Virus record (IMG/VR): IMGVR_UViG_3300047476_001839
Location: 1-56,502 of that record
Source of the DNA: a virus
Lineage: Duplodnaviria; Caudoviricetes
Length of the DNA stretch: 56,502 bases
Direction: 5' to 3' (one strand)
The notes beneath the pieces are model-generated. The model searched no databases, was not told the DNA's origin, and saw only the letters and a program-made list of their open reading frames with translations. Positions 20,319-29,099 of this stretch are shown in pieces; position 1 is the first letter of the stretch; each line of letters starts with the position of its first letter. The position numbers were made by a program, and so were the translations under genes.

Positions 20319-20378
20319 TAAGGTAAAGTTAGCTCCCAGGAAGAAATTTAAATATATTCATCTTGGGAGAATAACTTT

Positions 20379-21095
20379 ATGGCATTTGTATATTCTAAGG
20401 CTACTTTTGCAGGCATAGTTACAAGTTTAGGTAACTCTGATGCATATTTACAAGCAGCGCAAACCGGAACAGCAACTTCAGGTCTTTCACAACTTCAAAC
20501 AGCACGAGGAGATGTAGCGGATAGTTTGGGTGATAACTCAATTACCACTGCAGATTTCGATGCAACCAATACTTTAGCCGCAGCATTAAGAACTGCAGAA
20601 GGAAACGCACCAAGCACAGTATCTTCTGCATATAATGGTGCTCTTACTGCTTTAGATACTTACATTACAACTGTTACTGGTTCTACTATTAAAGAATATT
20701 GGAATAGTAAAACTGATGCAAGAACAATGACCTTTACTGATAACTTTAGATCCTTTTTTCGAAGAGTAAAAGCAGATGAAGTTATTGTTAAACTTTATTC
20801 TGTTACAATGCCTGCAGCTGGTTCTACAACAGTTATCTCTTCTGTAGGAACAACAGCAAACATGATTCCTGCTTTGTATGAAGTTAGAACAGACACAGCG
20901 ATTGGAAGTTCTTTTGTTGCTAACTTTACTTGTGTTAAATCTGGCGGAAGCACAGATTTAGTTTCCTTAACTGTTAATGCAGGAACAGCTATTTCAACAT
21001 ATTACTCTATTGGTGGAACAACTAAATATCTTTATATTTCATCATTCTCTGGTACAGGTTCAGATACAAACGCTATTTCTGTTTGGACTAGATAA
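20379..21095 (+). CDS. Thr/Ser/Ala-rich protein, possibly virion-associated
   Basis: Composition; GGGAG SD; no clear sigma70 promoter. Confidence 0.6.
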   Translation: MAFVYSKATFAGIVTSLGNSDAYLQAAQTGTATSGLSQLQTARGDVADSLGDNSITTADFDATNTLAAALRTAEGNAPSTVSSAYNGALTALDTYITTVTGSTIKEYWNSKTDARTMTFTDNFRSFFRRVKADEVIVKLYSVTMPAAGSTTVISSVGTTANMIPALYEVRTDTAIGSSFVANFTCVKSGGSTDLVSLTVNAGTAISTYYSIGGTTKYLYISSFSGTGSDTNAISVWTR

Positions 21096-21100
21096 AAATT

Positions 21101-21164
21101 TATTAACTCTTTCTATAACCTAAGAAATTCTTTCGAATTTCTTAGGTTTTATTTTTGCTTAATA
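21101..21164. repeat. 64-bp dyad element, copy 5
   Basis: Core variant TAAGAAAT/ATTTCTTA (compensatory). Confidence 0.88.
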
Positions 21165-21244
21165 GAAAATAGTTCTTGCTATGTCTGACATCTGTGATAA
21201 TATGAATACAAGTAAAGAGATTTACTAAGCAGATGGAGAATTTC

Positions 21245-21841
21245 ATGAAGAACGAAATCTTACAACCAGTCATTCAAACTTTACAATACAAAGTTAACAC
21301 TACACTTGGCGAATTTGCTAAGGCTTTTATTGAAAGAAATGATTATGAAACTCTTGGTTTCATTGCAAATATTGGTATTGATTTAAATACATACATTGAT
21401 GGTATTTTTCGAACTTATTCAGGCAATGCAGATGTGATTGAAGCGCAGGTGATTGAAGAACCAACTGAGCCAAAACAACCAACTGAACCAAAAGAATATA
21501 GTGTAAATGAAAAAGACTTGATGAATTGGATTTACAACTATGTCGGTAGCCGTGGTGGTAAGACATTGAAAGATGACCTTGCTAACGCATTCTATAATGA
21601 GTTTTCGAGTGGATTCAATGCTTATGACTTAACGTTGAGCAAAGACAACAAATTCAAGTGGAAGCAGAACATTGCTCATCGTGTAAGCGAACTTCGTTAT
21701 GATGGGATTCTTGAGCCGTCTATTCCAGGAGAGACTTATCACTACTATATTTTAACCCCAAAGTATCTTGCTTTGTACAAGACGCAGGTGGCTAAGATTG
21801 AAGAGCAACTGACCCTCCCAGATATCGAAATAACTGGCTAA
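21245..21841 (+). CDS. protein with Mrr_N-like winged-helix C-terminal domain
   Basis: KWKQNIAHRVSELRYDGILE..YILT. Confidence 0.5.
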   Translation: MKNEILQPVIQTLQYKVNTTLGEFAKAFIERNDYETLGFIANIGIDLNTYIDGIFRTYSGNADVIEAQVIEEPTEPKQPTEPKEYSVNEKDLMNWIYNYVGSRGGKTLKDDLANAFYNEFSSGFNAYDLTLSKDNKFKWKQNIAHRVSELRYDGILEPSIPGETYHYYILTPKYLALYKTQVAKIEEQLTLPDIEITG

Positions 21842-21892
21842 AATATATTCGGGAGGGTTGCAAAGCCCTCTCGAATAGGATAATATATATCT

Positions 21893-21937
21893 GTTGCTGG
21901 CAATCATAAACATTCTAGATAAAAGGTTGCCAGTAAC
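21893..21937 (+). ncRNA. putative small hairpin RNA
   Basis: 13-bp stem GTTGCTGGCAATC/GGTTGCCAGTAAC downstream of TTGCAA-N17-TAATAT. Confidence 0.35.
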
Positions 21938-21965
21938 GTCCAAAGATGGTATAATTGGTATGTAA

Positions 21966-22252
21966 TCTCGGGTGGTGGAACGGTATACACGATGGACTTA
22001 GTCTAAAATTTGAGTGCTTAAAGAGAAATCTTTAATGTAGAATCCTGTAAATTCGGTGAACCCTTTTGAATGGGAATACCGAGCGAAGCCTGAAAAGGAA
22101 CGTGTAGAGACTTGACACAGGACATCTAAAGTAGAAATACTATGATGAAGGTAAAGTCCAGACCACAAACAGGTTTAATCTGGTAATGAAAATTATAGTG
22201 GTAAGAAAATCCATTGGCGCAAGCCTTACGAGTTCGAATCTCGTCCCGAGAA
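21966..22252 (+). tRNA. trnL: tRNA-Leu(UAA), intron-containing (exons 21966-21999 and 22206-22252)
   Basis: Acceptor TCTCGGG/CCCGAGA; spliced anticodon arm ATGGA-CTT^AAAA-TCCAT; long variable arm; TTCGAAT T-loop. Confidence 0.93.
22000..22205 (+). mobile_element. group I intron (trnL-type) in tRNA-Leu anticodon
   Basis: P AAATTCGGTGAA, Q AATACCGAGC, R GTGTAGAGACT, S GAAGGTAAAGTCC; U-G pair in P1 (ACTT/GAGT); terminal G; 206 nt. Confidence 0.92.
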
Positions 22253-22309
22253 TTGAACAGGTAGACGCATCTTCTATGTATAATATATATATATGTAGGA
22301 GGTGCGTTT

Positions 22310-23002
22310 ATGTTTAACTGCCCAGAAATAAATCAAATTATAAAAGAGTCTACTTCTATTTCTCAAGTACTTAACAAACTTGGGCTTAAAGCCGCTGGAG
22401 GTAATTATCGTACATTTGATAGATTCGTTAAAAAGAACAATATAGATACTTCGCATTTTACTGGTCAGCTTTGGAGCAAAGGTAAACAACTTCCACCTAA
22501 AAAAGATTTGAAAGAATATCTATGTGAAGGAATTAAAATAACAAGCCACAGATTAAAACAAAGATTGATTAGAGAAAATATCTTTGAACACAAATGTTAT
22601 ATATGTAACATGGATGAATGGATGGGTAAACCAATTCCATTAGAACTAGATCATATAAATGGCGAACACGATGATAATCGCTTAGAAAACTTGAGAATAA
22701 TTTGCCCTAACTGTCATGCTCAAACAGATACATACAGAGCTAAAAATCGGCGTGACAAAAAACCTGTTAAAGACAAGATTGTTAAAGAGATAATTAAATA
22801 TCATTGTCCTGACTGCAGTAAAGAAATACATAAAGAATCTAAATTCTGTGAAGAATGTAGTCACAAAAAATCAAGAAAAGTGGAACGTCCTGATTTGCAA
22901 ACACTTGTGAATGATATTAAGAATTTAGGTTATAGTGCTACCGGAAGAAAATATGGCGTATCGGATAATGCAATTAGGAAATGGGTGAAAAATAGTTCTT
23001 GA
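22310..23002 (+). CDS. free-standing HNH endonuclease with C-terminal Zn finger and HTH
   Basis: LELDHINGEHDDNRLENLRIICPNCHAQT; CPDC..CEEC; GYSATGRKYGVSDNAIRKW. Confidence 0.9.
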   Translation: MFNCPEINQIIKESTSISQVLNKLGLKAAGGNYRTFDRFVKKNNIDTSHFTGQLWSKGKQLPPKKDLKEYLCEGIKITSHRLKQRLIRENIFEHKCYICNMDEWMGKPIPLELDHINGEHDDNRLENLRIICPNCHAQTDTYRAKNRRDKKPVKDKIVKEIIKYHCPDCSKEIHKESKFCEECSHKKSRKVERPDLQTLVNDIKNLGYSATGRKYGVSDNAIRKWVKNSS

Positions 23003-23034
23003 CACATCTTGTTTAGATGGTATACTTAATGAGT

Positions 23035-23154
23035 AAGAGAGAGGTTTCGGTTAGGGTAAACCTAACACGGTCGTACAAGAAATTTTTAAGCAGGTGGGAA
23101 ATTTGGCTCTGGCTTACTAGTCGCCACCCTAGACTCCACACAGACCTCTCTCTT
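23035..23154 (+). ncRNA. putative 120-nt structured RNA
   Basis: TTGACA/TATACT promoter; closing stem AAGAGAGAGGT/ACCTCTCTCTT; inner hairpin GTTAGG-GTAAA-CCTAAC. Confidence 0.55.
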
Positions 23155-23161
23155 TAAATTT

Positions 23162-23233
23162 GGTTCCATAGCTTAACGGTAAAGCAGTATCCTTTTAAGA
23201 TATTGAGTATGAGTTCAAATCTCATTGGAGCCA
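23162..23233 (+). tRNA. tRNA-Lys(UUU)
   Basis: GGTTCCA/TGGAGCC; GTATC-CTTTTAA-GATAT; TTCAAAT. Confidence 0.92.
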
Positions 23234-23352
23234 CTTTCACTTGGTTTTTTTTACCTTTTCCAAGTGAATCAATCCCCTTCTCCGACAAGAAGGGGATTAC
23301 CTATTTGACATATAGTATTTTAAGTGATATCATTCTTTCAAGGAAGTTGAAT

Positions 23353-23700
23353 ATGTCCAAGTCATTCGATATTATTTATTTAAGCACACCTCGTCATGGT
23401 TATTTTAAAGTTAATGGCGATGATGTAAGAGAAGTAAAAATCTCTCAATCCTTTTCTGAGTTTTCTTTCTATGATGAAGATAATGATATTTTTTATTTAG
23501 AAGAAGATTGCGACGTTCCATTGTTCGCCAAAAGATGTGAATTAGATGGCGTAGAACTTAACATAACTGAAGCAGATATTGATTCAGAAGAAGAAGAAAG
23601 TTTAATCCGTTGCCATAATGATGCTCTTGGGGGTGATTATGGATACTTTGGTGAATTACAACAAAATCACACTGGAATTGAACATTTTTTTGAAGACTAA
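23353..23700 (+). CDS. hypothetical phage protein
   Basis: AAGGA SD; TPRHGYFKV..YLEEDCD. Confidence 0.75.
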   Translation: MSKSFDIIYLSTPRHGYFKVNGDDVREVKISQSFSEFSFYDEDNDIFYLEEDCDVPLFAKRCELDGVELNITEADIDSEEEESLIRCHNDALGGDYGYFGELQQNHTGIEHFFED

Positions 23701-23731
23701 ACTACACCCCTCTTTCATTGGAGGGGTTTTT

Positions 23732-23794
23732 TATTAACTATTACTATATTCTAAAAAAATCTATAGATTTTTTAAGATATATTTTTAGTTAATG
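23732..23794. repeat. 64-bp dyad element, copy 6
   Basis: Consensus match. Confidence 0.88.
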
Positions 23795-23856
23795 TTTTTT
23801 TATTTATTGACATATGGCTTGAGTTGCTATATACTTTTAATAACAAGGATGGGACG

Positions 23857-24009
23857 ATGAAGACTCTGATGAATACTCTTGAAAAGGTTTACATTTGCAT
23901 TTATTTTGCAATGGGTGCGGTAGTTGCTTTGGTTCTTGGTTTGATTTTATTTCCATTTGCATTCTTTTCAAACAAGAATCATTACGAAGAAAGTGGTTAT
24001 GACCTGTGA
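23857..24009 (+). CDS. small membrane protein
   Basis: AAGGA SD, one TM segment. Confidence 0.6.
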   Translation: MKTLMNTLEKVYICIYFAMGAVVALVLGLILFPFAFFSNKNHYEESGYDL

Positions 24010-24215
24010 AATATATTCTTTACCAAGTAGATGATGATTTTAATGTAATCAATAAGTTTAAATTCCAAGAAGCAACAATGACTTACGAATATATTAATAA
24101 GCATATATCAGAAGAGCCAAATGTTAATTTCCTTCTCTTAAAAATGGATGACAAGAACGATATTGAATCTGTTGCCACGTACAGAAATGGTAAAGGCGAA
24201 AAAGTTCTTTATTGA
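24006..24215 (+). CDS. hypothetical protein
   Basis: GTGA overlap. Confidence 0.65.
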   Translation: MKYILYQVDDDFNVINKFKFQEATMTYEYINKHISEEPNVNFLLLKMDDKNDIESVATYRNGKGEKVLY

Positions 24216-24247
24216 TGTTGCATAGATTAATTTAGATGATATACTTA

Positions 24248-24361
24248 TTTTGTTCAAGACGACTTCAGCGTTAAGAACAAAATCCAGAATGTGGTGATTC
24301 TGGAACAATGTGAGAAGAGTGTTATTAAAGTGGTTCGTATGCCCGTTACACTCTTCTCACA
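24248..24361 (+). ncRNA. structured leader or small RNA (three hairpins)
   Basis: After TTGCAT..TATACT; stems TTTTGTTC/GAACAAAA, TCCAGAAT/ATTCTGGA, 14-bp TGTGAGAAGAGTGT/ACACTCTTCTCACA. Confidence 0.45.
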
Positions 24362-24374
24362 ACCCAAAGAAATT

Positions 24375-24638
24375 ATGAACGATATTTTAACTAAAGTTGA
24401 TTTTCCTACAAAAAAAGGTGCATTGTATCTTTACAAAGGCAAATATAAAGTTATTGGTGATGAGATTCATGATGGTATTACTGTAATTCGTACTTCCAAA
24501 TGTTCAGAAGGATATTTCAGTTACACATCCATCAGATTCGGTGGATTTGAATATCACTCTGAAAAAGATACCAAAAGTAAAATGGTTGAAAAAAAGTTCT
24601 TTGGTGGAGAATGGTTTGAAATAAATGAGGGTGGGTAG
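24375..24638 (+). CDS. hypothetical protein
   Basis: Start moved to MNDIL, after the hairpins. Confidence 0.6.
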   Translation: MNDILTKVDFPTKKGALYLYKGKYKVIGDEIHDGITVIRTSKCSEGYFSYTSIRFGGFEYHSEKDTKSKMVEKKFFGGEWFEINEGG

Positions 24639-24697
24639 CTTAATAGTAAAGCAGAGGATATAAACCTTTGAAATGGGTGTAATTCCCATCCCACTTA
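24629..24697 (+). tRNA. degenerate tRNA-like element (apparent anticodon ATA)
   Basis: Cloverleaf with D arm GCTT-AATAGTA-AAGC but loop ATATAAA and T-loop TGTAATT. Confidence 0.5.
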
Positions 24698-24761
24698 TTT
24701 CCTGATTGATGGTTTGAAAATTTACTTGTAGGGGTATGAGTAATGTCAATCAGGAATTCTA

Positions 24762-24832
24762 GGGCTTGTAGTTTAATGGCAAAACATGGGACTCATAATC
24801 CCTCGAAGAAAGTTCAATTCTTTCCTGGCCCA
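24762..24832 (+). tRNA. tRNA-CAU (Ile2-lysidine or elongator Met)
   Basis: GGGCTTG/CTGGCCC; GGGA-CTCATAA-TCCC; C4-G69 pair favours Ile2. Confidence 0.88.
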
Positions 24833-24974
24833 TTGTTTCTGTTTGGTTAGTTGTTTGTGTCCGTTTTCCATATCTCCCAACTTATCCCCTCATTAAAATT
24901 TCCTGTGAGAAATTATGAGGGGATTTTTTTTGACATGACATATATTCAATGATATATTATTAGTGAGGAACCTA

Positions 24975-25268
24975 ATGACACAAGCACAAGCAGAAAAACT
25001 CAAAAGTAAAGTAGAAGCGTTCAATGAATTGTATGCTCCAATAACTTTGCGTTTCCAGATGATTAACACTAGTGGAAACAATTGGGGTGTAACTATTACT
25101 TACAATTACACTCCAGATGATTGGATGCCACTTTCAAATTTAAGTTCTAGCTTTAATGAAATGAATGATAAACTTTTTGGCTTTCAATTTGGTTTGGAAG
25201 CGGTAGAAGCATATCAACAAGAAAACGGCAATTTAAAGTTTTCTCATTCTGACTTGCCTTTGGGGTAG
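24975..25268 (+). CDS. hypothetical protein
   Basis: Promoter plus GAGGA SD. Confidence 0.7.
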   Translation: MTQAQAEKLKSKVEAFNELYAPITLRFQMINTSGNNWGVTITYNYTPDDWMPLSNLSSSFNEMNDKLFGFQFGLEAVEAYQQENGNLKFSHSDLPLG

Positions 25269-25335
25269 GATAAATAATTAAAACAGAATGAGTCTCACCC
25301 TCCAAGTTTAGTAGTGTTTTCTTGGAGGGTTTTTT

Positions 25336-25397
25336 TATTAACAACGAATATATCTTAAAAAATCTTTAGATTTTTTATATTCTAGAAACTGTTAATA
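25336..25397. repeat. 64-bp dyad element, copy 7
   Basis: Consensus match, 6-nt centre. Confidence 0.88.
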
Positions 25398-25521
25398 TTT
25401 TTTGAAATACTTTATATACTTGTGGCATATATCTTGCAATGTTGATATACTATTTACAAGCCGATGGACAGAAGCAAAGTTCAGAAGCGAAATACTGGTT
25501 CGATTGACAGGAATTCAAACT

Positions 25522-27738
25522 ATGCTTATCAGTAAGTATACCACTGACCTCACAAAGATTCCATTCTTTGAAAATGAGTTTTACCTTGAATACAAGGCAT
25601 TTTCAAATGCCATATCCAATGCTGATGTATCTGCTTTGCAGGTTCTCAACCTTGAAGAAATGCTTGAGGATGGCAAGTTCACTCACAATGTTTACGGGAT
25701 GCAGTATCTCTGGAAACATATTTTAGGTAACCCAACACAGAAGCGAAACTTGATACCTATTGCTGTTGAAGAGGCTGGTTTGATTGTATCAAAAGAAGAC
25801 CTTATAAGAGGAGCCTTGATTGCAGAAGCGTTTTTAATTCATCATTGGAAAAATATCCATGTTGTTCGCCCTCCGCAATCTGGCAAAACATCGCTGGTTT
25901 GGGCTGTTGATTTCTGGATGAGAAAATTGTCCTCAATGATTTCAGAGAAATCTGTGTACACAATCTTTGGAATTCAAAAAGCATTAAATGCTCTTGAAGG
26001 TGACTTGAGAAGCGATTTGGATATTATCAATCTCTCCAAGAACTTTGCTCATGTTACCCATTTGCTTGGTTACAAGGAAATTCTCAACTTTATGGAAGTT
26101 GGGTTGAAAGAATGCGGTGGCAAGAAATCTAATACCAACTTTATGATTGCACTTGATGAAATTCAAATTGCCATCAATCTTGATGGGAACCTCAACAAAA
26201 TGCAAAAAGAAGTCAATTTTGAAATCAATGATTTTGAAAAATTGGCACAGCAAGAAGGTGTATTTGTTCTTTCAATTTCAGCAACCTCAACAACACAGAA
26301 CAGAAATGTACTCTCTAAACTTGAATCAGGTCGAAAGCCTACGATTTTACAAGTATCCTGCCCACCAAATGAAAGCCATTATGGTCAGAGAGAAATGCTT
26401 CATGAGAACCGTATTGAGCATTTGCCTACATCATCAATCTTCTACAATAAGAAGCAACGTAAATATGAAATCTCTCCAAGAGTATTGGATATTTACAAGG
26501 AATGGTTTACAAGTGATGAGCCTTCAATCTTTGTTCAACGTGTTCTGAACAGTACTAAGGTTGTGCCATTTGTTTCAGAGTTACTCAATCAAATGACATC
26601 TTTTGAAAGTGACCATTACGTTGATGTTAAGAATGTTGCGACAACACGTATTGTCCTTCTTTCATCACACGCTCCAAAGTTCCCAGACTTTGATGCTACA
26701 AAAGATGAGCATTGGATGCTTGCGGAAAAGACTGAATACGGCAATGGTATTAAATTCAAGTATTACCACTTGCCACTTTCGGCAAGAGACCAAATTTTCA
26801 ACAATCAACCATCATTTAAGACTATTGTCTTAGCCTTTATGGGATTCAGTGTTGGGGAGAGAATCAAGGTCAAAAAATACGTCAAAAACTGGATTGAAAT
26901 TACTGAAAATCCAGAAATGTTGATGCAGTACACTGGACGAATGTCTGGTTATCCAGTTGGTGACAATTATTTTGATGGCAAGATTTACTGCAACCTGATG
27001 CCAACTGATAAGTACAAGTTGCCTATGACAGAGTTCTTCACATTCTACGATAACATCCAAGTTGATGGAGTGTCTGCTGTATATCCACACAGCGGATATG
27101 TACCAGAGTCCTGTGAACAAGAACGCCGTGCATGGAAACTGAAAGTGACCACAGACCCTTTAACCTTGAATGTCTGCGATGTGGCAACAGGCGTTATCAG
27201 AAATGACATTGGTGCTTATCGCCGTAAGAACAAGTTAAACACTAAAGGTCAACACATTCCTACTCCTCAATCTGTTATTGATACAATTACTGAGAGAGTT
27301 ATGGACAATGTTGAAGCCATAAGTCCAACTGAATATCGTTTCAAACAACGTATCATCAAAGATGGCAAGGATGAAACCTTGGAAGGAAAGCGAAGATATG
27401 CAAGTAATATCGACGTAGAAGGTTACAATATCTACCAACAATCTGGTCTGATGGCTTACATTGGGAGAGATGATTTGCAAGGTGATGTCAATCCTTCAGT
27501 TGGTCAATATATCAATAAGATGGTAGGTATCATTACTGGATGCAGTACTGTCGAAGGCAAAGAGGGATGGGACAAGGTATATGTCGAAGCCATCAATGAC
27601 TGGCTGGTAGAACAAGGATTGCCGAAAGTATCTGAGGCTACCCCTTTGTACTTTGATTTTGAGCGATGCTCATACACGTTCATTGGTTCAATTCGTAAAG
27701 AGAAACCAAACATCTACCAAGATTCCTTCACAGAGTAG
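25522..27738 (+). CDS. divergent SF2 helicase-like ATPase (Z1-associated type)
   Basis: PPQSGKT (I), IALDEIQ (II), SISATS (III), MQYTGRMSGY (VI). Confidence 0.7.
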   Translation: MLISKYTTDLTKIPFFENEFYLEYKAFSNAISNADVSALQVLNLEEMLEDGKFTHNVYGMQYLWKHILGNPTQKRNLIPIAVEEAGLIVSKEDLIRGALIAEAFLIHHWKNIHVVRPPQSGKTSLVWAVDFWMRKLSSMISEKSVYTIFGIQKALNALEGDLRSDLDIINLSKNFAHVTHLLGYKEILNFMEVGLKECGGKKSNTNFMIALDEIQIAINLDGNLNKMQKEVNFEINDFEKLAQQEGVFVLSISATSTTQNRNVLSKLESGRKPTILQVSCPPNESHYGQREMLHENRIEHLPTSSIFYNKKQRKYEISPRVLDIYKEWFTSDEPSIFVQRVLNSTKVVPFVSELLNQMTSFESDHYVDVKNVATTRIVLLSSHAPKFPDFDATKDEHWMLAEKTEYGNGIKFKYYHLPLSARDQIFNNQPSFKTIVLAFMGFSVGERIKVKKYVKNWIEITENPEMLMQYTGRMSGYPVGDNYFDGKIYCNLMPTDKYKLPMTEFFTFYDNIQVDGVSAVYPHSGYVPESCEQERRAWKLKVTTDPLTLNVCDVATGVIRNDIGAYRRKNKLNTKGQHIPTPQSVIDTITERVMDNVEAISPTEYRFKQRIIKDGKDETLEGKRRYASNIDVEGYNIYQQSGLMAYIGRDDLQGDVNPSVGQYINKMVGIITGCSTVEGKEGWDKVYVEAINDWLVEQGLPKVSEATPLYFDFERCSYTFIGSIRKEKPNIYQDSFTE

Positions 27739-27774
27739 TCACCACCGCCCCTCCCCTAAAAAGGAGGGGTTTTT

Positions 27775-27838
27775 TATTAACCTTTTCTAGATTCTAAAAA
27801 ATTCTAAAGAATTTTTTAAGATTTATTCGTTCTTAATA
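27775..27838. repeat. 64-bp dyad element, copy 8
   Basis: Consensus match. Confidence 0.9.
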
Positions 27839-27933
27839 AATTTTAAATATAGTCAAATTATTTGACATAGTGTCAATAGTGTTGTAATATATTAATGAAG
27901 TTCAGTAATGAACACTAAGAAAGAAACACTATA

Positions 27934-28458
27934 ATGCAAGTTTTAACTCAGCCAGAAAAGCAACAAACCAGAGTTAGTTTTTATATCCGAAGACCTACCT
28001 ATGCAGAGGCAAAGTCACTTATCGCTGGTCATGTTCACACTCAGAAGCAATACGTTGAGTTTCGTACAAACAATCCAGATTACAATCTTCCAGCGGCACC
28101 AGGTCAGTACTATAAGAATACTGGTTGGGTAAGTTCCTGTGAATTCTACGGAGTTCCTGAGAAGCCTTCTTCATTACATATGAAACAAGTATGGCAAGAA
28201 ATTCGTTCAGGAGAGAGGAAGCGTAACTGCCCTAAGAAGTACAAGACGAAGCAAAAGTCTACAGAGACAGTTCAACAACCCGTCCTCCCTGCTTCACCTG
28301 TAGTTGCTGTCATTCCTGTAACGACCCCTACAACATCCTTGGATGACAAGCGAACCTTCATTGCCCTAGCTAAGAAGTTGGGTGTTTATGACCAAGTCAA
28401 GCCAGCCTTCAAAACCCTCTTCACATATGACGAGTTGCTTGACCTCGTTAATCTTTAA
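27934..28458 (+). CDS. protein with a phage-integrase-repeat (INT_rpt)-like unit
   Basis: TYAEAKSLI..TQKQYVEF..NLPAAPGQYYKNTGWVSSCEFYG. Confidence 0.55.
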   Translation: MQVLTQPEKQQTRVSFYIRRPTYAEAKSLIAGHVHTQKQYVEFRTNNPDYNLPAAPGQYYKNTGWVSSCEFYGVPEKPSSLHMKQVWQEIRSGERKRNCPKKYKTKQKSTETVQQPVLPASPVVAVIPVTTPTTSLDDKRTFIALAKKLGVYDQVKPAFKTLFTYDELLDLVNL

Positions 28459-28513
28459 TCGGATAGTAGCCCCCGCAAGGGGGCTATGATATACTGTTGA
28501 CAGGAGTTGAGAT

Positions 28514-28984
28514 ATGTCAAGATATGATGTTTACATTCCGTTCATTGCTTCTTACAAGGGTGAACCATACGAAGAAGAGTTTAGCACGATAGTCAAAGCT
28601 GAGAATGAAAAAGATGCTCTTGAAGAAGCATTGAAAGAATTGCATAGCGAATATGTTGTCAAAACAATCGAGAGTGATGACATTACTATTGAAGAGATTC
28701 CAACCTTTCCTTCTTTCGATGAGTGGGAGGAAAAGTTCACTGCTCTTAAAAACCCACACGCACAAGAAGGTGAGCAGGGCTTGGGAGAGATTATGTTTGA
28801 TACTGATGGTGACCAGTATCAAACAGTCAGAGGTTTCGACTCAAGCAAAATCTGGACTATTCGTAGCACTGAATATGGCTTGATGCTTACGGCAGGTTTG
28901 GGATTTGTAGATAGGTTTGGATACATCTTGTCGGAACAGTCTTTTACTGAAGAAGATAAAGAGAAAGCATTCATCATTGACTAG
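28514..28984 (+). CDS. hypothetical protein
   Basis: AGGAG SD, own -10 element. Confidence 0.75.
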   Translation: MSRYDVYIPFIASYKGEPYEEEFSTIVKAENEKDALEEALKELHSEYVVKTIESDDITIEEIPTFPSFDEWEEKFTALKNPHAQEGEQGLGEIMFDTDGDQYQTVRGFDSSKIWTIRSTEYGLMLTAGLGFVDRFGYILSEQSFTEEDKEKAFIID

Positions 28985-29031
28985 TCAACAGCCCCAGCCA
29001 CGCAGTGGCTGGGGCTTCTTTTTGCAGAATA

Positions 29032-29095
29032 TATTAACAGTTTCTAAAACCTAAAAAATTCTATAGAATTTTTTAGAATATATTAAAGGTTAATA
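29032..29095. repeat. 64-bp dyad element, copy 9
   Basis: Consensus match. Confidence 0.9.
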
Positions 29096-29099
29096 AATT

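Noticed and set aside
23203-23352. N-terminal extension of ORF 23203
   Set aside because: Overlaps tRNA-Lys, a terminator and a promoter; real start is likely 23353. Similar promoter-spanning extensions (e.g. MPYTY.., MPYN..) were trimmed elsewhere.
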